A DNA stretch of 64,000 nt from a bacterium (GCA_019753235.1 JAIELF010000006.1:27041-91040), one strand, 5' to 3'. Positions 40,326 to 48,241 are shown, counted from the stretch's first letter. Notes: generated by a model not told the origin, from the sequence alone. Translations and numbers: made by a program.

Positions 40326-40372
40326 GATCCCCTGCGGGAGAAGCCTCTCGTCAGGGGATCTTCGCTTTTATT
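40326..40372. terminator. bidirectional rho-independent terminator between the convergent PKS and glutathione peroxidase genes
   Basis: GATCCCCTG (40326-40334) pairs with CAGGGGATC (40352-40360), giving a 9-bp stem and 17-nt loop. It is followed by TTCGCTTTTATT on the plus strand and by a T-rich ATCTGTTTCTTG on the minus strand. Confidence 0.6.
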
Positions 40373-40390
40373 GCTGATTGCGAATCAGGT

Positions 40391-40951
40391 TTACTTGCCG
40401 AGTTCGGTTTCAATCGCCTTAGTCAGCTCGGTCGATTCCGGTTTAACAGCCGACCGATATCGGCCGACAATTTTGCCATCCTTCGAGATGAGAAACTTTT
40501 CAAAGTTCCATTTCACGGGGCCAGCAAAGTCAGGGTCGCTCTCTTTGCTCGTCAGATGCTTGTAGAGATCACAGGCCTCGTCGCCGTTGACATCGACTTT
40601 AGAGAACATATCGAAACCGACTTTGAACTTCGTCTTGCAGAACTCCTGAATCTCGCCTTCCGATTTGGGCTCTTGTTTACCGAACTGGTTGCAAGGGAAG
40701 CCGAGAACTGCCAAGCCCTTATCTCCATACTTCTCATGGAGGGCTTGCAGGCCTTCGTACTGATTGGTGTAGCCGCAATAGCTGGCCACATTGACGACCA
40801 GCAGAACCTTTCCCTTGTACTTGGTCAGGTCGACGTTCTCGCCGGTAATGGTTTTCGCAGAAAAACTGAGCACTTTGGGGGTCTCCTCCGCCAGAACGGC
40901 GGTAGCAACCAGACCCAGCATCGCCGTTGAAAGTAGCTTTCTCATCCGCAT
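40391..40951 (-). CDS. glutathione peroxidase, secreted/periplasmic form (Cys type)
   Basis: VNVASYCGYT (Cys codon TGC at 40777-40775, not TGA), LGFPCNQFGKQEP, WNFEKFL. N-terminal signal MRMRKLLSTAMLGLVATAVLA. AGGAG precedes ATGs at 40951 and 40945. The track ORF opens at 41020. Confidence 0.9.
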   Translation of the reverse strand: MRMRKLLSTAMLGLVATAVLAEETPKVLSFSAKTITGENVDLTKYKGKVLLVVNVASYCGYTNQYEGLQALHEKYGDKGLAVLGFPCNQFGKQEPKSEGEIQEFCKTKFKVGFDMFSKVDVNGDEACDLYKHLTSKESDPDFAGPVKWNFEKFLISKDGKIVGRYRSAVKPESTELTKAIETELGK

Positions 40952-41222
40952 TCTCCTGTTGAACTGATTTCCCGCCCATTCAAACTGATTCCACCGTATG
41001 GTAGTGCAACCTATCCACATCGCCAGCCAACCGAGGGGTGAATTTTTGGGGCGATAACCGCCAAAGCGCGCTCGGTCGATGGCTTATCGGCGGATGTTCA
41101 TGAAACCTTCGTCGTTTCACGCGGCGGCGACGAGCCCGGATTTATGGGGCGACAGTCGGGTCGGTCCTGTTGGTGACATCGCCCGTTTGCTATTGGACGC
41201 GAACTCCCGGTGGCCGTCGGGA

Positions 41223-42260
41223 TCAGGTTAAACGATCTCGCTCGACGCCGAGGGTTTGCCGGACACTCCAGAGTGGTCGCCTCATGACGTTTTCATGAAT
41301 CCGACCGACGTAAGCTCCGATGATTCCCATGCAAAAGAGCTGTACGCCGCCGATGAATAGGAGGGAAATAATCACCGAGGCGGTCCCGGGGACGTATTCG
41401 ACTCCCCATTGCTTGAAGGTTGCCGGCGCCATTCGAATGGCCAGCGTTAGGACCGCACCGAGGAACGCGATCACCGAAACCAGCGCCCCGAACACGGTGG
41501 CGAAATGGAGTGGAATTCGGGAGTTGCTCAGGACACCGTCGGCAGCAAGCTTCATCAACTTCCAATACGAGTACTTCGTTTGGCCGGCTTGACGGGCGGC
41601 TCGTTCGTACGGAAAAAGCGATTGACGAAACCCGACCCAACTTCGCAAGCCACGAATGAAAGGCCGACTCTCGGGCATCTGCACGATCACATCGACCACT
41701 TGCCTATCCATCACGCAGAAATCCCCCGCGTCCAGCGGCAGATCAAGCTCGGCAATCAGCGACAAGAGCCGATAAAATGAGAAATACAGCGAGCGTTTAA
41801 GCGGGCCTTCTTTTCGGTGACGCCGCACGCCAACGACAACATCGAATCCCTCTTTCCATTGACCGATCATCTGGCCCGCAACCTCGGGTGGGTCTTGGAG
41901 GTCGGCATCAAGGACCGCGACGACATCGCCGCTTGATGCTTGTAGCCCCGCTCGAAGCGCTAACTGATGCCCGAAATTGCGACCGAGGCGAATCCCTTTC
42001 CAGCGAGGATTGCGAGCATGGATATTTTGAATGATCGACCAGGTTTCGTCCGTCGATCCATCGTCGACGAGAATCACTTCATAGTTTTCACACCAATGAG
42101 CGATCTCCTTCTCGAGCCGATCGAAAAGCTTGAACAGTACCTCCATCTCATTGAGGCATGGAATTACCACCGACACACTCCGAAGCATCCGGCCAGACGG
42201 GTCGGGTAGCTTGTGGGTCGCGGCAAGTTCCGCAGTGGGGCCGGCAGTAGGTTGATTCAA
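41223..42260 (-). CDS. GT2 glycosyltransferase of the polyprenyl-phosphate sugar transferase type (ArnC/GtrB/DPM1-like)
   Basis: VSVVIPCLNE, VDDGSTDET, LDADLQDPPE, RGLRSWVGF, plus two C-terminal TM helices. TTG 42260 (AGGAAA upstream) or ATG 42188 (MLRSVSVVIP). Confidence 0.88.
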   Translation of the reverse strand: MNQPTAGPTAELAATHKLPDPSGRMLRSVSVVIPCLNEMEVLFKLFDRLEKEIAHWCENYEVILVDDGSTDETWSIIQNIHARNPRWKGIRLGRNFGHQLALRAGLQASSGDVVAVLDADLQDPPEVAGQMIGQWKEGFDVVVGVRRHRKEGPLKRSLYFSFYRLLSLIAELDLPLDAGDFCVMDRQVVDVIVQMPESRPFIRGLRSWVGFRQSLFPYERAARQAGQTKYSYWKLMKLAADGVLSNSRIPLHFATVFGALVSVIAFLGAVLTLAIRMAPATFKQWGVEYVPGTASVIISLLFIGGVQLFCMGIIGAYVGRIHENVMRRPLWSVRQTLGVERDRLT

Positions 42261-42412
42261 CCGACAGTTTCCTGAAAGATTGGTGTAGCGGCGTCAAACA
42301 GATCCGCTCTCTTAAGTTTACAGCATTGCCGATGCGATCGAAAGATCGACCGGTTCGCGACAGGCCCGAGAAAACATCTGATAACGATCGATTTATCGAT
42401 TCAATCGGTTTC

Positions 42413-43180
42413 TCAGGATGCGTCGGCCGAGCGGATTGCGCTTCCCAGAACTCTTTTCCCGACGGCCGTCACGTTGTCCGGGGAGACTTCCGTGATGCAT
42501 GCCAGGAGGTTCCCGGAGAGGAAATCGGGGTTTTGCGAGGCAAAGAACCGGGCGACGCGATCATCGCGGGACCAAGTTCGGGCGACAAGTTCGGGGTTGC
42601 GGTACGGCGTGCAGGCGGGGCCCGAGATGATGCCGCGAACGGGGTCGTATCCCTCGGGGAACTTCTGCGCGATGAACTGTTGCAAGATCCGCCGAATCGG
42701 CACGGGGGTCGGCCGATCTGGGTGCGGATAATATTCTCGAAAAAAACCTGGAAGAAACTGGTAAGCACGGTGGGAGGAGGCGGCAAAGACCCAATAGACA
42801 TGCTCGGCCGAGAGCTGGCGTGCCAATCCAAAGGTGTGCTTTGCCCACGTCGATAGCCAAGCCCTTTCACCCATGTAGTCTGGTGACAGGAGGGTGTCAC
42901 CCGAGTAGACGGCGGCGACGGGCGGGTCCTCGTCGACACTCCACAGCACGCGTGACGTGGTGAAGCCTTGGATCCTCTGCAGATCATCCTCGATCAAGAC
43001 GACCGAGTCTTTATCGTCGAGATCCGCTTCGAACTTGGTCGGAGAGACGTTCTCGTAGTGATGCGATAGAAGTTCATACATTCGCGCCCGCTGCGACGGC
43101 TCGATCTGCGTCGGCGTCACAATTCGAGAAAGCGTTGGTCGGCGAGCCGGCCGAGCGTCGTCGGTGAGAAATTCATTCAT
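42413..43180 (-). CDS. hypothetical 255-aa cytoplasmic protein, possibly a GNAT-fold acyltransferase relative (unverified)
   Basis: Clean ATG ORF. MYELLSHHYENVSPTKFEADLDDKDSVVLIEDDLQRIQGFTT and HRAYQFLPGFFREYYP remind me of a family annotated as GNAT-like N-acyltransferases. I cannot confirm this without an HMM search. Confidence 0.6.
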   Translation of the reverse strand: MNEFLTDDARPARRPTLSRIVTPTQIEPSQRARMYELLSHHYENVSPTKFEADLDDKDSVVLIEDDLQRIQGFTTSRVLWSVDEDPPVAAVYSGDTLLSPDYMGERAWLSTWAKHTFGLARQLSAEHVYWVFAASSHRAYQFLPGFFREYYPHPDRPTPVPIRRILQQFIAQKFPEGYDPVRGIISGPACTPYRNPELVARTWSRDDRVARFFASQNPDFLSGNLLACITEVSPDNVTAVGKRVLGSAIRSADAS

Positions 43181-43308
43181 GGAGAGCGCCTAGCCCCGGG
43201 GCGAATGGGAGTGCACACCAGTCACAAGGGAATTCCCTCGATCCCTCTTTCTGAGTTCAACTCGCTTCAAGTATAGCCGAGCGGGAAAGAGGTCGCTTGT
43301 ATCTCTTC

Positions 43309-43332
43309 GAAAAGGGATGATCGGGTCATCCT
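43309..43332 (-). terminator. weak candidate terminator after the devA-like gene
   Basis: On the minus strand, GGATGA-CCCGA-TCATCC (6-bp stem, plus-strand 43316-43332) is followed by CTTTTCG. The stem is short and the T-tract is only 4 nt. Confidence 0.3.
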
Positions 43333-43351
43333 ATGGACGATTTTCGACGTT

Positions 43352-44506
43352 TTACCGCAATGGGATATCGATTCCACCTTGGAAGCGCCGACTGAAGAAG
43401 ACTTGCAGCAGGCGGTCCTTGAACGACTGGCTGGTGTCCATCGCTTTATCGAAGTCCTCCTTCGTGAGCGAAAGACAATGAATGTCGTTGACCGCTCGAA
43501 CCGACGCGGTGCGCGGACGGTTGGTGATAAGAGAAATTTCGCCGAACACATCGCCGGGGGTCAATTGGCGAAGTGTCTGCATCTTGCCGAGTTCCTCTTT
43601 GACAACCTCGGCGGATCCAGACTTCATCAAATAGAGCTTATCCCCCTCATTTCCTTGACGAATGATCCAGGATCCCGCAGGAAATCGTTCTTCCATCATT
43701 TTCTGCGAGAGCTCGGCCAGCGTGGCTGGGGGAAGCTTCGAAAGAACATCGACGCGCGAAAGGAATTCACAAGTGGCCATCGAGTTCTGCACGTCGATAT
43801 CGGTGGCGACGCGCCCATCGACCATATTCACGATCCGGCTGGCAACATCAAGGATTCGATTGTCATGGGTGACGAGCAAGATCGAACAACCATCCTTGTG
43901 AGCCAATTCTTGCAACAGGTCGACCACGTCTCGGCTTCGTTCTTTATCGAGCGCCGCCGTCGGTTCGTCGGCAAGGATCAGCTTGGGTTTGGCGACGAGC
44001 GCCCGTGCGATGGCCACCCGTTGACGCTGCCCGCCCGAAAGTGCCTCTGGCTTGTATTGGAGTCGATGACCCATTCCGAGCCGATCGAGTATCTCACTTG
44101 CTCGGCGGACCTTTTCTTCTTTCGGAATCTCTAACAAATCAAGCGGTAAGCAAACGTTCTGCAACGCCGTGAGTGATTCAAAAAGATTATGCGCTTGGAA
44201 GATAAAGCCGATCCCTCGGCGAACGGCGACTAACTCGTTTCGCGATAAGCCGGTCATCTGTCGCGACAGGACCGTCATACGCCCATCTTGAGCTGACCTG
44301 AGTCCACCGATGAGCGTTAAGAGCGTCGTTTTTCCCGAACCGGACGGCCCGGTCATGATGACCAGTTCACCCGGCCAGACACGCAGTCGTACATCGTACA
44401 AGACTTGTTTGCGATTCTCGCCCGAGCCGAAATGATGGTTGACCTGGTCGCACCAGACGAGCGGCGCTCCATCAAATTCGGGCACAAAATCAGTCGATGG
44501 ATTCAT
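43352..44506 (-). CDS. DevA-like ABC exporter ATPase fused to a C-terminal cyclic-nucleotide-binding domain
   Basis: I prefer ATG 44506 (MNPSTDF), which overlaps the upstream stop by 1 nt (TGATG). The track ORF opens at 44572. Walker A GPSGSGKTT, LTLIGGLRS (DevA-like), LSGGQRQR, ILADEP, VTHD. These are followed by a cNMP domain with FGEISLITNRPRTASVRAV. Confidence 0.9.
   Translation of the reverse strand: MNPSTDFVPEFDGAPLVWCDQVNHHFGSGENRKQVLYDVRLRVWPGELVIMTGPSGSGKTTLLTLIGGLRSAQDGRMTVLSRQMTGLSRNELVAVRRGIGFIFQAHNLFESLTALQNVCLPLDLLEIPKEEKVRRASEILDRLGMGHRLQYKPEALSGGQRQRVAIARALVAKPKLILADEPTAALDKERSRDVVDLLQELAHKDGCSILLVTHDNRILDVASRIVNMVDGRVATDIDVQNSMATCEFLSRVDVLSKLPPATLAELSQKMMEERFPAGSWIIRQGNEGDKLYLMKSGSAEVVKEELGKMQTLRQLTPGDVFGEISLITNRPRTASVRAVNDIHCLSLTKEDFDKAMDTSQSFKDRLLQVFFSRRFQGGIDIPLR
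43370..43775 (-). other. cNMP-binding (CAP/PKA-type) domain at the C-terminus of the ABC ATPase
   Basis: FLSRVDVLSKLPPATLAELSQKMMEERFPAGSWIIRQGNEGDKLYLMKSGSAEV ... GDVFGEISLITNRPRTASVRAV. This is a canonical beta-barrel with a phosphate-binding cassette FGE..L....PR(T)A(S)V, encoded at about 43550-43493. Confidence 0.85.
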
Positions 44507-45651
44507 CAGAAGACCTCCGCGGGGTCTGCTTTCATGACGCGACCGACGGCGATCAATCCAGAGATGACGCACATCACGACGGTCAACACCGAGACTAAGA
44601 CGATTCGCATAAGGGTGAGTTCCATGTGAAGCCCCGTCAGTTGCGTCATGATCGAATAGAAGGCCTGGCTGGCGAAAAGAGCGGGGACAAGTCCCAAAAC
44701 CGCCAACAGGATCGCTTCTTTCAAGACGACGCCGACAAGGTAACCATTGCTAAAACCGATTGCCTTGAGCGTGGCGAATTGAGGCAAGTGGTCGTTGATC
44801 TCGTTGTAAAGAATCTGGTAGCAGATCATCACGCCGATGGCGAACCCAACGATCAGCCCCAGCGTGAAAATGAAACCGGTTGGCGTCATCTTCGACCAGA
44901 ATCTTCGCTCGATCTGATCGTACTCGTCAATCGTGAAGACGTCGATGTCGCTGGGCAAGGCGTCGCGAATGGCTTGCTGAACCTTGGCCGGTGACTCGCC
45001 CGATTTCAATCGGATCAAGCCGACAGAGATCTGGTCGGGCGCCGATAGTGGGAACAGCGCACGGTAGGTTGATTGACTAGCCAGAACGTTTCCGTCCATC
45101 TTAAAGTCGGCTCCGAGATTGAACGTTCCTAGAACGCGAACCCGGCGAGCACCAAGCTCGGCCTCGTTGCCGGCGACCGGCGTTCCAAAGAAACTTCGAG
45201 AGCCCCGGTCGAATAGAATCGTCATCGGCTCGTGCAGCAAGCTTGACTGCGCAACAACTTCGTCCAAAAGAAAGGGTGGATGATCTGGATCGATGCCGAT
45301 CACGCGAATGACATCTTGTCGACCGGTCTGAGGATGTCGCCAAAGCGTGCTGTCCATCGAGACGCCTGTCGTGCGGGCGACGCCCGGAACATCGCGGGCT
45401 TGGATGATCCTTTTTTCCAGAAAGAATTCTTCCAGTGTCAGGTTGTGCTTCGTTCGATTCACCATGAGGAGGTCGGCATCGAACAGGCGAATGCCTAGGG
45501 TTTGACTGTCGAAGAGCCCGGTTAAAAATCCGAGCTGCATGAACATCAAAAGAACCGCGAACGCGATCCCCATCATCGCTAAGAGAAGTCTGCTCTTGCG
45601 ATGGGTCAGCATGTACCACGTCAGTGGGACGCGGTTGGCGTTACCGATCAT
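44506..45651 (-). CDS. DevC-like ABC exporter permease (paralog 2 of the tandem pair)
   Basis: 381 aa from ATG 45651, which overlaps the upstream stop (ATGA). It has an N-terminal TM, a periplasmic domain and a C-terminal FtsX bundle (FATLKAIGFSNGYL ... GRVMKADPAEVF). Confidence 0.88.
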   Translation of the reverse strand: MIGNANRVPLTWYMLTHRKSRLLLAMMGIAFAVLLMFMQLGFLTGLFDSQTLGIRLFDADLLMVNRTKHNLTLEEFFLEKRIIQARDVPGVARTTGVSMDSTLWRHPQTGRQDVIRVIGIDPDHPPFLLDEVVAQSSLLHEPMTILFDRGSRSFFGTPVAGNEAELGARRVRVLGTFNLGADFKMDGNVLASQSTYRALFPLSAPDQISVGLIRLKSGESPAKVQQAIRDALPSDIDVFTIDEYDQIERRFWSKMTPTGFIFTLGLIVGFAIGVMICYQILYNEINDHLPQFATLKAIGFSNGYLVGVVLKEAILLAVLGLVPALFASQAFYSIMTQLTGLHMELTLMRIVLVSVLTVVMCVISGLIAVGRVMKADPAEVF

Positions 45652-46778
45652 GCGAAGAGCTCCGCGGGGTCGGCGGTTCGAACTCGCCTGGCGGCGAGAA
45701 TGCTGGAGGCGGCACACATCACCAGCGTCAGCGTGAGGACCAATGCAGCTCGGTCGAACGTCATCCAGACGGGAACCTTGGCGGCATCGCGAAGAATCTT
45801 GTACAGCAGCAAGCCCCCCACGTACGCCGGCACGAAACCGACCAGGGCATAAATGAACCCTTCAGTCACCACCAACAAGTACACGGCCGAGTCGCTATAT
45901 CCCATCGCTTTCATCGTGGCGAGTTCTTTGATATGGCTTGAAACCTGGGTCGAGAGGATCTGATAGAGAGTCACCGCGCCGACAATGAAACCGACGACTG
46001 CCCCTGCACGGAACATGATGCCGATCGGCTTGATGTTGACGAAGTAATTGACCTCAGCGGCGGTGATTTGTGGACGGGTCCAAACACGAACGTCGGGTCC
46101 CAATGCCACGCTCAGGCGATGCGCCACCCGGTCGATCTCTTGGCCAGGCTTCACGCGAAGGAAGATCAGGTTGGGGCGATCGACCTGCCGACCAGGAAGC
46201 AGTCGACAATAGGTCAAGTCGCTCACGAGGGCGTCGGCTCCCGCGATGAACCCGGTGCCGAGCTTATAACTTCCCACGATATCGGCGTGGCCCGAGCCGA
46301 TATCGACAGTGGAACCAACCTCGCGCGGGCCGAATTCGCCGCGAGCTTCGCTATCCATTAAGACGGTGTCTGGACGTTGCAGCAGACTGGCTTGCTGTTG
46401 GATCGCCGGGTCAAGCATCGGCGGATCATCAGGATCGATGCCGAGCACAAGAATACCCCGCCTGAGCTTGTCCTCGAGACTTCGAATCAGCGTGAAACTT
46501 GCAAACAAAGGCTTGGCCGACTCGATGCCTGGAACATCTTTGACGCGCTCGGCAACATCGCGAGAAAGGGTCCCGGCGTTGACCATGAAAACGTATTGTG
46601 GACTGGTTAGGACGAGATCAAAATCAATCGCGCGATAGACAATGTCCGCGCTATTCTCGGCGGCGGAGAAGATTCCAAATTGCATGAACATCAGCAGGAT
46701 AGAGAACGCGACCCCTCCCAAGGAAGCAAGGGCGCGCCACTTTTTGTGCGTCACGTTCTGCCAAGCAATTTTTAGCAT
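45648..46778 (-). CDS. DevC-like ABC exporter permease (paralog 1 of the tandem pair)
   Basis: 376 aa with the same architecture (LATMKAMGYSDSAV ... ARRVRTADPAELFA). Its ATG 46778 overlaps the devB-like stop by 1 nt. Confidence 0.88.
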   Translation of the reverse strand: MLKIAWQNVTHKKWRALASLGGVAFSILLMFMQFGIFSAAENSADIVYRAIDFDLVLTSPQYVFMVNAGTLSRDVAERVKDVPGIESAKPLFASFTLIRSLEDKLRRGILVLGIDPDDPPMLDPAIQQQASLLQRPDTVLMDSEARGEFGPREVGSTVDIGSGHADIVGSYKLGTGFIAGADALVSDLTYCRLLPGRQVDRPNLIFLRVKPGQEIDRVAHRLSVALGPDVRVWTRPQITAAEVNYFVNIKPIGIMFRAGAVVGFIVGAVTLYQILSTQVSSHIKELATMKAMGYSDSAVYLLVVTEGFIYALVGFVPAYVGGLLLYKILRDAAKVPVWMTFDRAALVLTLTLVMCAASSILAARRVRTADPAELFA

Positions 46779-47989
46779 CAGGGACTCGCGGCCGGTGTCG
46801 CGATCATGACATCGACTTGCATTCCGATCCGCTGCGGCGCGACGCCCGGCTTATCGAGACGCAGGCGAACTTCGACGACGCGCGTATCCAGTCGAGCGGT
46901 CGGATCCAGGCCCAGGACCTCGTTCCGTTTGACCATCGAACCAATGCGATCGACCGTCGCTTCGAGAGGCTCCGCCAGGGCCAAGCTGGTGATGGTCGCC
47001 TTCTGGCCAACCTTTACCCGAGCGATGTCTGCTTCGTAGACCTCCGCGATGACGTAGAAGACATCATTTTGTCCGAGTGTGATCATGGGACGCTGCCCGA
47101 TGGTTTCACCCGCTTGAATGTTGACTTCGAGAATCTGTCCATCGACGGGGGATAGCACGGTGGCCCGGGCGAGTTCGGCCTCGATGAGGGAAACTTGTCG
47201 CTCGGCTCCACTGACATCGATCAGTGCCAGCGACTTATCCAGGCCAGCCTTGGTGCTGTCGTATTTTTTTTCCGCTGCCAGTTGGTTGATCTCTTTTTCT
47301 TTCTCCATGACGCGAAGCTTCGCGCGAAAGCCCCGGAGTTGTTCGCGATATCGATCGACCACGAGCGTTTGCCGATCGATCTCTGCTTGGGGCAAGTTCT
47401 TCGGGAGTTTCTCGAGATCCCGCTCGGCCTGCTGTAACTGATTCTCGGCAACCTTGATCTCGGCATCCTGAGCTTCAATCTGGATGGGGACGATCTCGGC
47501 GGGGCGTCGCTTCGCCAATTCCGTCTCGGCCAGCAGGGCCTGAGCGTGCTTTTTCTCTTTGTCGACCATGTCGCGAGCCTGTTCGAGTTTTCCGCGAGCG
47601 ACTTCCAACTGTTTGGAAAGGACGCCTTCGCCGAGGCATTCGACGACCTGTTCGCCGGCTCGCACGATTTGGCCTGGCTTGACTAGAACCTTTTTGACTC
47701 GGTCGCCGATGGTGCCGGTGATGATGATGACCCCTTCGCCCGGTTCGATGCGTCCCAGGGCCGAGACGGTATCGCGATGGGGTGGTTTGACTGGCTTGCC
47801 CGTGTCGCTTGCCGGTGCGGGACTGGCAGGGCTACAACCTGTGGTCAGTCCCGCGAACAACACCGGCAAGGTGATCATTCTCCAAGTCATTCCCGAATGG
47901 GATCGGCGTGCGCTCGTTGCCGACGATATCGAACAAGTCCGATGATTGATCAACGGTTGGTCCTTCTGCAATGTCACATCTCGCGTCAT
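46778..47989 (-). CDS. DevB/HlyD-like membrane fusion protein
   Basis: GRIEPGEGVIIITG, VKPGQIVRAGEQV, a long coiled-coil (LEVARGKLEQ ... LQQAERDLEK ... ), and a beta-barrel C-terminus. A lipobox-like LFAGLTTGC follows internal Met codons at 47890 and 47878, which are possible alternative starts. Confidence 0.88.
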   Translation of the reverse strand: MTRDVTLQKDQPLINHRTCSISSATSARRSHSGMTWRMITLPVLFAGLTTGCSPASPAPASDTGKPVKPPHRDTVSALGRIEPGEGVIIITGTIGDRVKKVLVKPGQIVRAGEQVVECLGEGVLSKQLEVARGKLEQARDMVDKEKKHAQALLAETELAKRRPAEIVPIQIEAQDAEIKVAENQLQQAERDLEKLPKNLPQAEIDRQTLVVDRYREQLRGFRAKLRVMEKEKEINQLAAEKKYDSTKAGLDKSLALIDVSGAERQVSLIEAELARATVLSPVDGQILEVNIQAGETIGQRPMITLGQNDVFYVIAEVYEADIARVKVGQKATITSLALAEPLEATVDRIGSMVKRNEVLGLDPTARLDTRVVEVRLRLDKPGVAPQRIGMQVDVMIATPAASP

Positions 47990-48001
47990 CGGTAAGTTTT
48001 C

Positions 48002-48187
48002 TTAGCAGTGATGGCAGCGAATGGTGTCGAAGATGTCCTTCTCTTGCTCGGCTTTCTCTTTGGCGTGATTGACCAAACAACGCACGGCTTTGCCGATGTC
48101 GGCCAGGTTGTACTTCACGACCATTTCTTTCAAGTAAGCGATGTCATCTTCATAGAGTTCAAGCGATTCGTTTCTCTTGGGAGACAT
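48002..48187 (-). CDS. 61-aa ribbon-helix-helix-like protein with a C-terminal CHHC tail (putative regulator)
   Basis: MSPKRNESLELYEDDIAYLKEMVVKYNLADIGKAVRCLVNHAKEKAEQEKDIFDTIRCHHC. The strand-helix-helix spacing is as in CopG/Arc/MetJ-type proteins. Its stop is 12 nt before the devB-like ATG. Confidence 0.5.
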   Translation of the reverse strand: MSPKRNESLELYEDDIAYLKEMVVKYNLADIGKAVRCLVNHAKEKAEQEKDIFDTIRCHHC

Positions 48188-48241
48188 GGTTTTCCTCTAG
48201 GTTCGACCACGGGACTTGTTGCCGACGTTAACGAGGGGAAC

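Noticed and set aside
40775-40777. Possible selenocysteine in the glutathione peroxidase active site
   Set aside because: The active-site codon reads TGC (Cys), not TGA, so there is no recoding.
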